Origin: an uncultured virus (IMG/VR IMGVR_UViG_3300013370_000002)
Lineage: Duplodnaviria > Heunggongvirae > Uroviricota > Caudoviricetes
DNA length: 64,000 nt
Direction: 5' to 3' (one strand)
IMG/VR virus record: IMGVR_UViG_3300013370_000002
Span: 1-64,000 of that record
How positions within the stretch are numbered: the first letter of the stretch is position 1; the number at the start of each line of letters is the position of its first letter. The notes under the pieces were generated by a model that was not told the origin of the DNA, searched no databases, and saw only the letters and a list, made by a program, of their open reading frames with translations. The position numbers and the translations under genes are program-made. Positions 28,726 to 38,465 of this stretch are shown here, in pieces.

Positions 28726-29288
28726 GTTTAAGAATAGAGAATACGCTAGTTGCTAATGGTCAAGCGCTCACTAATCGTATCATTACCTTGCGCAGTCAAT
28801 CGGTGATCCCTGTCTTTGCCTTTAGGCGCGTGGTGCTACCAGTTAATGCGGGTGATGATAGTCGTGATTTTGTCACCTGGTCAGGACTGGGTACGGTGAG
28901 TGATAATGATGAGCATGCTATCGACTATGAGCCGCTAGGTCATGCAATGGTATTGATCCTTGATAGCTTAGGCGGCGCATTTCATGATGGTGGTATGTTT
29001 GTCACCTCAGAAGAGCTAAGCTCAATGGCGCTCGTTGAGCCATATGATATTTTACTAGAAGGTGATGACCGTATTAAACTAAAGCCAGACTGGACGCCTG
29101 AGAAGGGTGATCTATTATGCTTTATGCTTAACAACCACAAGGAATATCATGAGGTTACTGGTATAATGGGACAGTCGATGCTGGCAAGTCAGGGTAAAAA
29201 ATATGCCCTGTCTCAGCGCTTTGATCTTAACTATCTTGATGCGTTTAACGAGCAAGATATTGATGATGTGGCAGTGCCCTATAAGTAA
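28722..29288 (+). CDS. Putative head-closure/neck protein
   Basis: Late-operon ORF with PEKGDL motif; the assignment is tentative. Confidence 0.45.
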   Translation: MSLRIENTLVANGQALTNRIITLRSQSVIPVFAFRRVVLPVNAGDDSRDFVTWSGLGTVSDNDEHAIDYEPLGHAMVLILDSLGGAFHDGGMFVTSEELSSMALVEPYDILLEGDDRIKLKPDWTPEKGDLLCFMLNNHKEYHEVTGIMGQSMLASQGKKYALSQRFDLNYLDAFNEQDIDDVAVPYK

Positions 29289-29335
29289 CAATATTGTTTA
29301 TAATAATTTTGTTAAAAAATTAAGGTTAAGGATAA

Positions 29336-29770
29336 TTGACCATGATTAACTACATTGAAGTTGGTAAGCTGGTTCCCGCTAATAAAAAAATCACAAAGCA
29401 TAAGTGTTGGGGTGTGTTTGATACGTTGTGGGATGAAGTACAGCGCAATTATGCCGATAGAGAGGACTTGGCAGGTTTTAGCAAAAACGACTGGCGCAGC
29501 GCTTATGATCGCGCCTTACATTTTGACGGCTTGGACAGTTTCGTTATAAGCACGCCAAGCCTTGTGGTGCTGGACGTGATCGTCAATAATTTTTTACTGG
29601 GCTATTGTCATCACGAATGGGTTAAGCATTGTAACCGCGCAGGGTATTTAATGGCCGCGCCAGCCATGTTTAAACCTAACAATATTCCGACACGCGTAAA
29701 CTTTAAAGACGGTAAAGGCTGGCAAGCGCTTAGAGGTGTGGTTAGATTTACGCCACCAACTATGAATTAA
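29336..29770 (+). CDS. Hypothetical protein
   Basis: 144 aa, preceded by an AT-rich spacer containing TATAAT. Confidence 0.6.
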   Translation: MTMINYIEVGKLVPANKKITKHKCWGVFDTLWDEVQRNYADREDLAGFSKNDWRSAYDRALHFDGLDSFVISTPSLVVLDVIVNNFLLGYCHHEWVKHCNRAGYLMAAPAMFKPNNIPTRVNFKDGKGWQALRGVVRFTPPTMN

Positions 29771-29781
29771 TGGAGTGATGT

Positions 29782-30090
29782 ATGACTAATCGCCAGCAAG
29801 AAGAGTTGGATTTTAAGCAGTTGCATATCGATTTTATGGATGCCTTAGATAAGGCTGATCGTTGGAAGTACATGAAACAAGTCGACCCTAGTGTACAGCC
29901 TGATGTATGGCAAGAGTGTTTAGGTGTGGCGCTCGACAAACTAAATGGCATAAAAGCTCCGACGCATCGCGGTTTCTCGGCTATTCATTTTCGTAACGAG
30001 ATAGATTTGTGCAGAATGTTTTTACTAGGTCGAGAGTCTTATTTGAATAAGCAAGGTGAAACTATGCTAAATAAGCCTGAGTTTAGATAA
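29782..30090 (+). CDS. Hypothetical protein
   Basis: 102 aa, GGAG RBS. Confidence 0.65.
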   Translation: MTNRQQEELDFKQLHIDFMDALDKADRWKYMKQVDPSVQPDVWQECLGVALDKLNGIKAPTHRGFSAIHFRNEIDLCRMFLLGRESYLNKQGETMLNKPEFR

Positions 30091-30154
30091 CTAGCATCTC
30101 ATAAAAGTCTTATTCTGAATGACAAGACTTTTAGTCTCTCAGAAACAACCATCA

Positions 30155-30178
30155 AGCCAGCCTAACCGCTGGCTTTTT
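30155..30178 (+). terminator. Rho-independent terminator
   Basis: AAGCCAGC/GCTGGCTT plus T-run. Confidence 0.75.
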
Positions 30179-30185
30179 GCTGTAT

Positions 30186-30225
30186 GGAACACCCCTAAAC
30201 GAGCTGTTTGGCTAGGCATTACTAT
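30186..30225 (+). promoter_or_regulatory. Late promoter motif
   Basis: GGAACAC-N27-TACTAT. Confidence 0.78.
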
Positions 30226-30281
30226 AACTATATCAGTTATCTGTAATCACCCGACCAAACCAATCGTATAGGATTATCCCC

Positions 30282-32093
30282 ATGCAAGAGAAACAAGCAC
30301 GAGAGTTAAACGATGCCGCCCATAAAGAGGTGCAAGCCACGCGCGGTATCATGCACATTTTTACCAACAAAGCCAACGCGGGTCAAGAAGTCGCCGCGTT
30401 TGATTCTATGCTCGCGCAGAATGAACACTCTGATCGTAGCGTGGGCTTTAACAAGCTACCGTCATCTATGCAGCGTATGCTTAGTCATCCCGTTATCAAG
30501 GATCATCCTGAAGCGGTTTTTGATGGTATCAGTGAAGGTATTATTGAGTACAAGCGCCGTAACGGTGGCGAAGAGCCATCAGCCTATGTTGTAGCTGCTG
30601 CCCTTGCGACTGCTGCCATGCCTTTTGGTGGCGCTGACCAGTATGATGATACGGTAGAGCCTACTTTTGACAGCCTATCTTTAGGTCATCACGAAGCATT
30701 ATCAGTCGTGCCAGCCGCAACACAAGTGGTTATCACTTATGGTATCGCTAACAGCTTGCCGCTAGTATCTATGCTACCTAACCCTATGGGTTCAAATGAG
30801 CTACCTATCGTATTCGGTACGGCGGTCGCTGGCATGGATATGGGCGTTATGCGTGAAGGTGATGCAATGGACGGCGATAAAGCCGGTATGCCTTACACTG
30901 AAAACCGTCATATCCTAACGATGGATAAAGGCGCAACTGGTGCGTTTAGTTTAACCTCGCATGTGGCCTACACTGCCAATGTTAAAGCAGATAGTACAAC
31001 TCAGTTTATTGTTGATACGTCATCTAAAAAAGCGCCATTCCTAGGCGGGCGTGTTTCTATCTTCGTCAAAGGCATTAAGATTGCTAGCGATGAGAGCCGT
31101 AACCATCCAACCAATAAAGGCGTCAGCACTCTACAGCCTATCGATAAGATTAATGTTGGTACCGATACTTATATCGTAACAAGCGCTACCGCTGATCTTG
31201 ATACGCATGAGATTAACGTACAGTTCGATATCTCTGCTGGTGCTGAGCCTGCTGAGGGCGACGTAACCGTTGAAATTTTCTTCGACTATGAGCGTAAAGC
31301 GAATGGCGTACAGATTTTAACTGAGCCGTCAATCGATATGGAATTTGGTCATCGTTCAATCTATGCCTTCCCTAGTCGTTCGCGCTCAGTCGCCACTATT
31401 GATGCTATCACGCAGTTAATGAACGAGCTTGGTTTATCTTGGTTCGGTGCTGTGCAGACTATTGCTATGCAAAAGCAATATTTTGAGCAGACGGGCCGCT
31501 TGCTTCGTACCGCTATCAATCTATGCTTAGCGGATCAAGACCCTGAAACTGGCCGTGTAGTGACGTTTAACTTTACTAAAAATGGTGTATCACCAACTAA
31601 TTTAGCTGATGCGTTTGCTAACATCAATATTGAGCTTGGTAATGCGCGTACACGTCTTTCAACAGCGATTAACCTGGCGGTCGGTGGTTATGACTTGTAC
31701 GTATCAGATCGCGGGCAAGCCTTCTTCTCAGGCATGAATGGCGAAAACTACCTACCTACTGGTGAAAGTGCTGGCGATCAGACGAGCATTTACCGTATTG
31801 GTACGCTTAAAGCCAGCGGTGCTAACGTCTACTACGTGCCTAAGTCTATGGGCGTATTTAATGAGACAGCCGGTTCTACCACCGCGCATGCTTTGCTAGT
31901 GCCACGCGCAATCAGCCCAGCACAAGCACCATTTGTCGGTATGGTCGCCGTACCACCTATGGTTATGACCTCTAACGGCAATGCGTATGAGAAAGACGTG
32001 GCTATCTATAGCCGTACTGCTGCTGAAACGAACCCAATCCCTCGTTTTGCCAACCAGTTCATGCTTATTGAGATGATTAACTTGCCAGCGTAA
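30282..32093 (+). CDS. Major capsid protein (P1 gp23-like)
   Basis: 603 aa with its own promoter and terminator; YKRRNGGEEP, FFDYER, ATIDAITQLMNELGL and IYRIGTL recalled as P1-like capsid blocks. Confidence 0.75.
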   Translation: MQEKQARELNDAAHKEVQATRGIMHIFTNKANAGQEVAAFDSMLAQNEHSDRSVGFNKLPSSMQRMLSHPVIKDHPEAVFDGISEGIIEYKRRNGGEEPSAYVVAAALATAAMPFGGADQYDDTVEPTFDSLSLGHHEALSVVPAATQVVITYGIANSLPLVSMLPNPMGSNELPIVFGTAVAGMDMGVMREGDAMDGDKAGMPYTENRHILTMDKGATGAFSLTSHVAYTANVKADSTTQFIVDTSSKKAPFLGGRVSIFVKGIKIASDESRNHPTNKGVSTLQPIDKINVGTDTYIVTSATADLDTHEINVQFDISAGAEPAEGDVTVEIFFDYERKANGVQILTEPSIDMEFGHRSIYAFPSRSRSVATIDAITQLMNELGLSWFGAVQTIAMQKQYFEQTGRLLRTAINLCLADQDPETGRVVTFNFTKNGVSPTNLADAFANINIELGNARTRLSTAINLAVGGYDLYVSDRGQAFFSGMNGENYLPTGESAGDQTSIYRIGTLKASGANVYYVPKSMGVFNETAGSTTAHALLVPRAISPAQAPFVGMVAVPPMVMTSNGNAYEKDVAIYSRTAAETNPIPRFANQFMLIEMINLPA

Positions 32094-32130
32094 TAAGCCG
32101 CTCGCAAACAATCAAAACGGTATAGCCACT

Positions 32131-32166
32131 AAAACCTTGTTGTCATAGCTGGCAGCAAGGTTTTTT
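32131..32166 (+). terminator. Rho-independent terminator
   Basis: AAAACCTTGTTGTCA/TGGCAGCAAGGTTTT. Confidence 0.75.
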
Positions 32167-32211
32167 AACTAAATATATTAAGATTTATTACCCATTACAA
32201 GGATCAACCTC

Positions 32212-33054
32212 ATGTCAGAAGCAAAGGCGCTACCCGACAATATCAAGGCGTTTGAACAAAGCCCTGAATTTAAAAAAGTGTACGACAACAACACTGTAGA
32301 CAAGCTTGAAATACAGCTTATAGAAGCCGACGTTGAGTTCTTGAGCGCAGACAATAAAGCCGCCCTAGTGTGGCGCTTACTTGACCATCAAGGCACGCTT
32401 GAGAGTAATAATGACACAGAAACTAAAGACGATACTAAAGAAGTTGTTAATGGCGCTCAGACTACTGATAGCAGCGCTGATGACGATACTAGCGTTGATA
32501 CTGATACTGGTGGTAACGGCGGTAGCGATAGCGATACTAGCAACTCTAATGAATCAGTAACCTCAATCAACAAAGGTGATAGCAATGAAAATGCACAGAC
32601 GGCTCAAGACGATACTAGCGATAAGCATAGCGCTCAGGTCGATGGTAAGGCAAACACCGATGCCGGCTCCGATAGCGCAAGCACGGACGACAGCGAAAAG
32701 TCTGATGAAGTGGCTGACACTGCCGACAGTGATGCGCCGTCGAATACTGGTAACAGCAATGACATTAGCGCAGACGAAGCTAACCAGCCAGCAAAAACAG
32801 GCGATAAAGCAGCCAATAGTAGCTCAGTACCCACTGACAAAGCGCCTACCAAAACGGCCGTAAGTGAGCTTGAGTACGTGGAAGTCAAAAATAATGGCGG
32901 CTTTAATATGCTAGAGCCTGCTACCGGTACATTGGTGACCGCTGGCGAGACCACTAAAGTCTACATCAAAGGTTATGCCACCAAAGAGCAGGTGCTACGC
33001 AATATCACTCAGTACAATCACACCCGTGGTAATAAGTTGACCGTTACCAACTAA
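32212..33054 (+). CDS. Acidic low-complexity protein, possibly virion-associated
   Basis: D/S/T-rich disordered middle and a small folded C-terminal domain; follows the capsid gene. Confidence 0.65.
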   Translation: MSEAKALPDNIKAFEQSPEFKKVYDNNTVDKLEIQLIEADVEFLSADNKAALVWRLLDHQGTLESNNDTETKDDTKEVVNGAQTTDSSADDDTSVDTDTGGNGGSDSDTSNSNESVTSINKGDSNENAQTAQDDTSDKHSAQVDGKANTDAGSDSASTDDSEKSDEVADTADSDAPSNTGNSNDISADEANQPAKTGDKAANSSSVPTDKAPTKTAVSELEYVEVKNNGGFNMLEPATGTLVTAGETTKVYIKGYATKEQVLRNITQYNHTRGNKLTVTN

Positions 33055-33125
33055 GCGCTATTTTATTGAGTGGCTGCAACTGGCTTGTGGTTACTCATCC
33101 CAAATCAAACTATCAAGGAATCACC

Positions 33126-33404
33126 ATGATTGAGAGCAATATTTTAGGCGCAGCGGTTGGCATTCAAAACCAAGGCGTTATAGATAAAACAGAAGGCACA
33201 AATTTACCATCGACAGGGGGTGCAGTTATTGCTGGCAAGTTCAGACGTGGGCGCATGGATAAGCCGTTTACTGTTACTAAGGATAACTATAAAGCCCTAT
33301 TAGGTCATGAGCCGTCCAACCCAAGCTATCAAGCGGTCGAGGATTGCTTTAATCGCGGCGTGAGTCAGGTTGAGATCCGAAGGGTAGGTGCGCTGGGAAA
33401 GTAG
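33126..33404 (+). CDS. Small sheath-N-like domain protein ending in a -1 slippery site
   Basis: AAGGA RBS; GKFRRGRMDKPFTVT...LLG...F.RG...RVG; G GGA AAG immediately before TAG. Confidence 0.78.
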   Translation: MIESNILGAAVGIQNQGVIDKTEGTNLPSTGGAVIAGKFRRGRMDKPFTVTKDNYKALLGHEPSNPSYQAVEDCFNRGVSQVEIRRVGALGK

Positions 33405-33934
33405 TAGCGCCTCAAGTAGGTGGAGCTATTGCTGATTTTGACTTCGCTGTGATTAGATATAAGTGGCTAGTTTCGGCAGGAAGAGATTTAGATGTAAGGG
33501 TTTCTATGAAGAAGCCTGACAGACAAGATCAGGTTGTAGGTTGGAAAAGACTTGATACAGACAATGGGTATTTGACATGGAACGGCGACAATACGACTGA
33601 TGGAGTTGAAGCAATACTTGTTGATCTAAGTAAGTTGGCGGCAGACTACCCCGATCAAGAAAATGTGGAAGTGATTTTGAGCGCATTTTGGTACGGCTCT
33701 GTTGGCGGAGGGGACGTAACTATTGAGTTTGCAAGCTATAAAGGAGGTGTTATGAATAAGTCGGGATTTGACTTTGCCAATAGTGGTGGCGAACTGGTTG
33801 ACAGGAAAGTTTTAGATGTTAATACCAAGAAACCAAAAGGCGAAGATGCTTCTGGCAATAATGGCGAGCACCTTGCTACATTGGCCTTCAACTTAAACAC
33901 CAAATCAGGCTTCTTATCCAAAACGGTTAAGTAG
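33395..33934 (+). CDS. -1 frame extension of 33126-33404 (beta-rich cargo domain)
   Basis: Frame is open from GGG AAA at 33395 through VVAPQVGGAIADFDFAVIRYKW to 33934. Confidence 0.65.
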   Translation, partial: GKVVAPQVGGAIADFDFAVIRYKWLVSAGRDLDVRVSMKKPDRQDQVVGWKRLDTDNGYLTWNGDNTTDGVEAILVDLSKLAADYPDQENVEVILSAFWYGSVGGGDVTIEFASYKGGVMNKSGFDFANSGGELVDRKVLDVNTKKPKGEDASGNNGEHLATLAFNLNTKSGFLSKTVK

Positions 33935-33964
33935 CTTTATTACCGAAATGTATTAAAATCCATA

Positions 33965-34001
33965 AAAAACCTTGTGCTGCTGCTTGTAGTGCAAGGTTTT
34001 T
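33965..34001 (+). terminator. Rho-independent terminator
   Basis: AAAAACCTTG...CAAGGTTTTT. Confidence 0.7.
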
Positions 34002-34014
34002 ACTAGGGGGCGTT

Positions 34015-35859
34015 ATGATTGAGAGTGATGTTTTAGGCGCGGCCGCTGGCGTGCAAAATCAAGCCGGCAGCAATAAGTTGAATAGCAATGTTATGCCAAC
34101 ACTGGTTTGTAGTGTGGTTATCGGTTGCTTTAAACGTGGGCGCATGGATAAGCCGTTTACTGTTACTAAGGATAACTACAAAGCATTACTAGGGGATGAT
34201 CCGTTTAACCCTAGCTACACAGTGATTGATGACGCTTTTATCGCTGGTGCAAGTGAGATTATGATTATGCGTGTAGGCAGCATGGTAGGCGCAGCGCCTC
34301 CTATCACACCAGAAGTACCTAGCAATAAACCCGCTAGCGTCATAATTTCGGGCACGATAAAGGTAGGTGAAACCCTTACTGCAACAGTAACAGATGCAAA
34401 TGGCGTACCAAGTAGCGCGACTTACCAATGGTACGCAGACGGCGCGGCAATATTAGGCGCAACAACTAAGGATTGCACGCTAAATACAGCTCAAGTAGGC
34501 AAGGTTATCACTGTCAAGGCAGAATTTACTGACAACGATGGGTATAGCGAGTCGGTAACGAGTAGCGCAAGTGTGCCAGTAGAGCCTGATATCGACCTAA
34601 CAGTTAACAACATTGGCGTACAAGGCACATCAATGTTCGCCGTTGGCCTCACAGACACATTGCCGCTTGGTATGTCAGAAATGACAGGCACAACCACAGC
34701 AGGACACGAAAACTACGGCAACTATCAGTACAGTGACGGTTCAATCATGTGCTGGATTCCTCAGTTTTATTATCGTTGGGGTGCAGCCGACAGCCCTCGC
34801 ACCACTGAATACGGTGCAAACTCGCTGGATGTTAAATCTAAGCACGACTTTGTAGACATAGCAGCAGCTAATGCCGCAGGATATGCGTTACATCGTGCGT
34901 TCTACGATGATGGACAAATCAAAGACGGCTTTTTTGTTGATAAATATCAAGCGAGTAATAACGGCGGTATTGCAAGTTCAGTTAAAAATGGCATCCCGCT
35001 ATCATCATCTAGCTCAAACGCGCCATTTAGCGGGTTAACAGGCTCACCGTCTAATACCTTTGCGGGCGCTATAGATGCGGTTAAGACCCGTGGCGGAGCG
35101 TTCTTTGTTACGACACTTTTTGTGCAGCGGGCATTATCACTACTTAGCATGGCTCACGCGCAAGCGGCAACGAGTATTGATAACTGCGCGTGGTATGACA
35201 GCACAGGCATTGCTAATTATCCAAAAGGCTGTAATAACGACGCGCTGGGCAATGTTAATGATGCAACGGTTGAGTATAAAGCAACAGGCTATCTAAAAGC
35301 TGGCAAAACAGGCTCAGCACTACCGTTTGCTAAAACAACGCATAATGGTCAAGCCAATGGCGTAGCAGACATCAACGGTAATATGTACGAGATTTGCTTG
35401 GGTGTGACACAGCGGTCAGGCACGTTCTACGCGCTTAAAACCACAGCTAAAGCATCTGCACTAACCAGTGGCACGACCGCAGCTAATGATGCATGGGGTG
35501 CAGCGGGTATTGCAGCAAACTACGAGTCGCTCGGGGCAAGTATTGGTGCGCTAACAGGTACGTCTGGCGGTATGGCTACAGGTAACGCTACTAATAAAGT
35601 ATTTTCTAGCGCGACATCAGGTAAAGAGTGGCAGGCATCATGTGCAGGTATTCCTCTTGCTACTGGCGTTAGCGCGTCAGGTACGGATCTATTTGGTCAT
35701 GACCTTTTTTACCATAAGCGTGTTGATGATATGTGCCCAGGTCTAGGTGGCTTTTGGCGCAGCAATGTGGGGTCTGGGGTGTGGAGGTCGGATTGGGATT
35801 ATATTCGTACGACTAGCAAGGATTTTGGTGGCGTGCGGGCGGCTTTGTACAGCGTTTGA
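34015..35859 (+). CDS. Virion accessory/adhesin: sheath-N-like domain, Ig-like domain and FGE/C-type-lectin (Mtd-like) domain
   Basis: N-domain paralogous to 33126; VGETLTA..YQW..VGKVITV Ig-like; FFVDKYQAS, GVADINGNMYE, GGFW...GVRAA. Confidence 0.78.
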   Translation: MIESDVLGAAAGVQNQAGSNKLNSNVMPTLVCSVVIGCFKRGRMDKPFTVTKDNYKALLGDDPFNPSYTVIDDAFIAGASEIMIMRVGSMVGAAPPITPEVPSNKPASVIISGTIKVGETLTATVTDANGVPSSATYQWYADGAAILGATTKDCTLNTAQVGKVITVKAEFTDNDGYSESVTSSASVPVEPDIDLTVNNIGVQGTSMFAVGLTDTLPLGMSEMTGTTTAGHENYGNYQYSDGSIMCWIPQFYYRWGAADSPRTTEYGANSLDVKSKHDFVDIAAANAAGYALHRAFYDDGQIKDGFFVDKYQASNNGGIASSVKNGIPLSSSSSNAPFSGLTGSPSNTFAGAIDAVKTRGGAFFVTTLFVQRALSLLSMAHAQAATSIDNCAWYDSTGIANYPKGCNNDALGNVNDATVEYKATGYLKAGKTGSALPFAKTTHNGQANGVADINGNMYEICLGVTQRSGTFYALKTTAKASALTSGTTAANDAWGAAGIAANYESLGASIGALTGTSGGMATGNATNKVFSSATSGKEWQASCAGIPLATGVSASGTDLFGHDLFYHKRVDDMCPGLGGFWRSNVGSGVWRSDWDYIRTTSKDFGGVRAALYSV

Positions 35860-35876
35860 CTGAGCTATAATCCGAT

Positions 35877-35916
35877 GGAACACCCCTAAACCCCTAACCT
35901 TAACCCTGCCTATACT
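35877..35916 (+). promoter_or_regulatory. Late promoter motif
   Basis: GGAACAC-N27-TATACT. Confidence 0.78.
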
Positions 35917-35949
35917 TGTGTCATACCAACACAGTATAGGCATTTTACC

Positions 35950-37326
35950 ATGACCCCTCAGACCCTAGTTTTAAGCATACTCGCTGCGTCTATTACGCTA
36001 AGCGATACCGCTGACCCTTCAGCACTTGCCAGCATTGAGATGACCACGCACTACGCCTTTGATGACAATGTTATTGCCACCATCGTAGCGATTGATGAAA
36101 AGTCCGCTGTCACTACCGCTGATCCACTAAACAATATCGTTTTTAAAATCGAGCTACGCGATAAGATTGATAACAGTCTAATCACGCAAATGCAAGGTCG
36201 CTTGTTCACGGGCGGCGGTGCTGAGGCGCTAGAAGAGCGGCACCCTAACGACTTTGCTTATATCACCAGTAAACTGGATTTTTACGGTGCGCTCGATAGT
36301 GAGTATGACTTCTTTGAAAGTGTTAAGACTAAATATACCGTCGCTCAAGCTGCTGCCATTAAAACAGCACTTACAGCCAACAATATTTTAAACCAGATGG
36401 GCGACTATCGCACCAAAAGCAAAACTATTGCCGTGCCAGCCACAGCCGTCGTGCCAGCAACCGCTGATGAGCTAAAACGCACCTTGCTAGATATGAAGGA
36501 TCAGCCGCGCTACTTAGTGTGTGCTGAGACGGATAGCTTACCGCATATCGAAGCATTGGCTGAGGTGATGGATAAGACTAACTGCCATGTGATGGTCGAC
36601 GTGGGCAATTTAACCAGTTGGGAGCTTGTCACCGCATTTGCTGAGTCTATCAGTATCGACGACCATCGCTTAACGCTTTACTGGAACCCTAACAAGTCAC
36701 GCCCAAGCAATGCGACAACCGTGCTGGCACGTAAGAAGTGGCGTCCTTGCGTTGGCGACTTATTAGCGCAAACACTACTACGCAATGCGCGTACCAATAG
36801 CTCAGGCATTCCACCGATCAACCGTCCAGTAGCGGGTTATGACTTCCCGTTGGCGTTTCGTGACATGGAAAAAATGGCAGGCGTATCGCTTGATGAAGAG
36901 GCGCAAAACGCACTTGCCAGCGCTGGCGTGAACGTGGTTATCAATGAGCGCTTTGAAGGCGGTGATCGTTGGATCTATGGTGACGCGCTCACTCAGTACG
37001 ATAGCGAAAACAGCGCCTTACGCTTAACCAATAGCGCTGAGATTGAGACTTACACCACAAACCTTGTGTTGTCTATCGTCAAAAAGCACATGCTAAAAGG
37101 TATGACCAGCTTTGTACGTGATGCTCAGGATGAATGCAGCCGTGCGCTTGATGCGTGTGTATCAGCAGGACTGCTAGTACAACCCTCTGAGCTTAGTGGT
37201 CTGTATTATCTATTGCAAATTACGCCACGCGCTGATGATCCGTTTAGTAAAGCGGATATTAAGTTTAGCCGTCGCCCTGAAGGATGCGCCCGTCAAGTGT
37301 TCTTTGAAGGCACTGTTACTAAGTAA
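35950..37326 (+). CDS. Contractile tail sheath protein (P1 gp22-like)
   Basis: RPVAG, LASAGVNVV, WIYGDALT, C-terminal RPEGCARQV sheath-like blocks. Confidence 0.75.
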   Translation: MTPQTLVLSILAASITLSDTADPSALASIEMTTHYAFDDNVIATIVAIDEKSAVTTADPLNNIVFKIELRDKIDNSLITQMQGRLFTGGGAEALEERHPNDFAYITSKLDFYGALDSEYDFFESVKTKYTVAQAAAIKTALTANNILNQMGDYRTKSKTIAVPATAVVPATADELKRTLLDMKDQPRYLVCAETDSLPHIEALAEVMDKTNCHVMVDVGNLTSWELVTAFAESISIDDHRLTLYWNPNKSRPSNATTVLARKKWRPCVGDLLAQTLLRNARTNSSGIPPINRPVAGYDFPLAFRDMEKMAGVSLDEEAQNALASAGVNVVINERFEGGDRWIYGDALTQYDSENSALRLTNSAEIETYTTNLVLSIVKKHMLKGMTSFVRDAQDECSRALDACVSAGLLVQPSELSGLYYLLQITPRADDPFSKADIKFSRRPEGCARQVFFEGTVTK

Positions 37327-37416
37327 CCATTATCAACAACCTTGTTTATTGGCGTCATACCCTGGCGCTAGTCACAACCTTTTTTATTTACAACCTCACA
37401 TTAAAAGGATTAAATC

Positions 37417-38331
37417 ATGTCACGCGATTTTATTACCCAGCGCCGCCTTAATCGTCAATACGACCAAGCGCAAGCGCAGTTCGATGCTTTAACCCCGCAA
37501 GAAGCCGCCGATAAGATGGAGCTTGATCCTATCTCTGAGCGCATGGCAATTACAGCGACCAGCCAGATGCGCCTTGCTGGCTTATATGTCGCCTTTATGC
37601 TATCCGCCATACTAACTGATAGCGAGTATAGCGATGAAGATTTGCTACCTAGTGAAGTGCTAGACGGCCTTATGATTGAAGTATTTACCGATGATGACGA
37701 TGACGATAGCGACATGGATGAGATTGACGAAAACGTCCGCATTGTCTTATCGGCTCACGTATCAGACGCACTATCAACGCTAGGCGTTGAAGACGCGGTT
37801 ATCGCTGATCTGTTCGATGACGATATTGAAGTGGCTGATGCAGCTTGCTTGGCTGCCGCTGAGGGCGTACTTGAGAATACGCCAGATGACGGTAAAGCAC
37901 TTGATGAATTCGTCGCAGGTTTTGCTTATAGCAATGGCGATGAAGAAGAAGATGAAGAAATTTTTGACGGTATGGGTAATGAATACCAGTTTGACGCTGC
38001 TAAGAAAAAACTGCGCGCTGGCAAGAAAACCGTTAAAAAGGTCAATGGTAAAACATTGGTCTATAAAGCCGTTAAGGCCATCCGTAACGGCAAGAAGGTC
38101 ACGATCAATAAGCGCATTAGCGGTAAAGTCAAACTAAATGCTAGCCAGCGAGCCGGACTGAAAAAAGCACGTCGCAAGGCTGGTACGTCCTCCGCTATTC
38201 GTAAGCAGATGCGCTCGTTTGGTAAGGGGTTGCGAGCTAATATCTACAAAGGCAATCCAGCACGATTAAAAGCACTGCAAACCGCAGGTCGCCATCGTCA
38301 ATCTAAGACTCTAGGCCAAACAAGAGGCTGA
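37417..38331 (+). CDS. Putative internal head/core protein
   Basis: Very acidic N-terminal two thirds and very basic C-terminus (IRNGKKV...LKKARRKA). Confidence 0.55.
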   Translation: MSRDFITQRRLNRQYDQAQAQFDALTPQEAADKMELDPISERMAITATSQMRLAGLYVAFMLSAILTDSEYSDEDLLPSEVLDGLMIEVFTDDDDDDSDMDEIDENVRIVLSAHVSDALSTLGVEDAVIADLFDDDIEVADAACLAAAEGVLENTPDDGKALDEFVAGFAYSNGDEEEDEEIFDGMGNEYQFDAAKKKLRAGKKTVKKVNGKTLVYKAVKAIRNGKKVTINKRISGKVKLNASQRAGLKKARRKAGTSSAIRKQMRSFGKGLRANIYKGNPARLKALQTAGRHRQSKTLGQTRG

Positions 38332-38349
38332 TAACCTAAAAGCAAACAT

Positions 38350-38378
38350 AAAACCCGGTCAGTAATGGCTGGGTTTTT
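38350..38378 (+). terminator. Rho-independent terminator
   Basis: AAAACCCGGTCA/TGGCTGGGTTTT. Confidence 0.75.
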
Positions 38379-38393
38379 GCCATCTGGCGCTAT

Positions 38394-38432
38394 GGAACAC
38401 ACCAAATGAGCCAGCGCGGACAGCGATACAAT
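38394..38432 (+). promoter_or_regulatory. Late promoter motif
   Basis: GGAACAC-N26-TACAAT. Confidence 0.75.
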
Positions 38433-38465
38433 AGATCAATCAGCAACTATCTATCTAGGCTCATT

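Noticed and set aside
34015..36000. Complete diversity-generating retroelement
   Set aside because: No reverse transcriptase, avd or template repeat found in the window; only a target-like gene is reported
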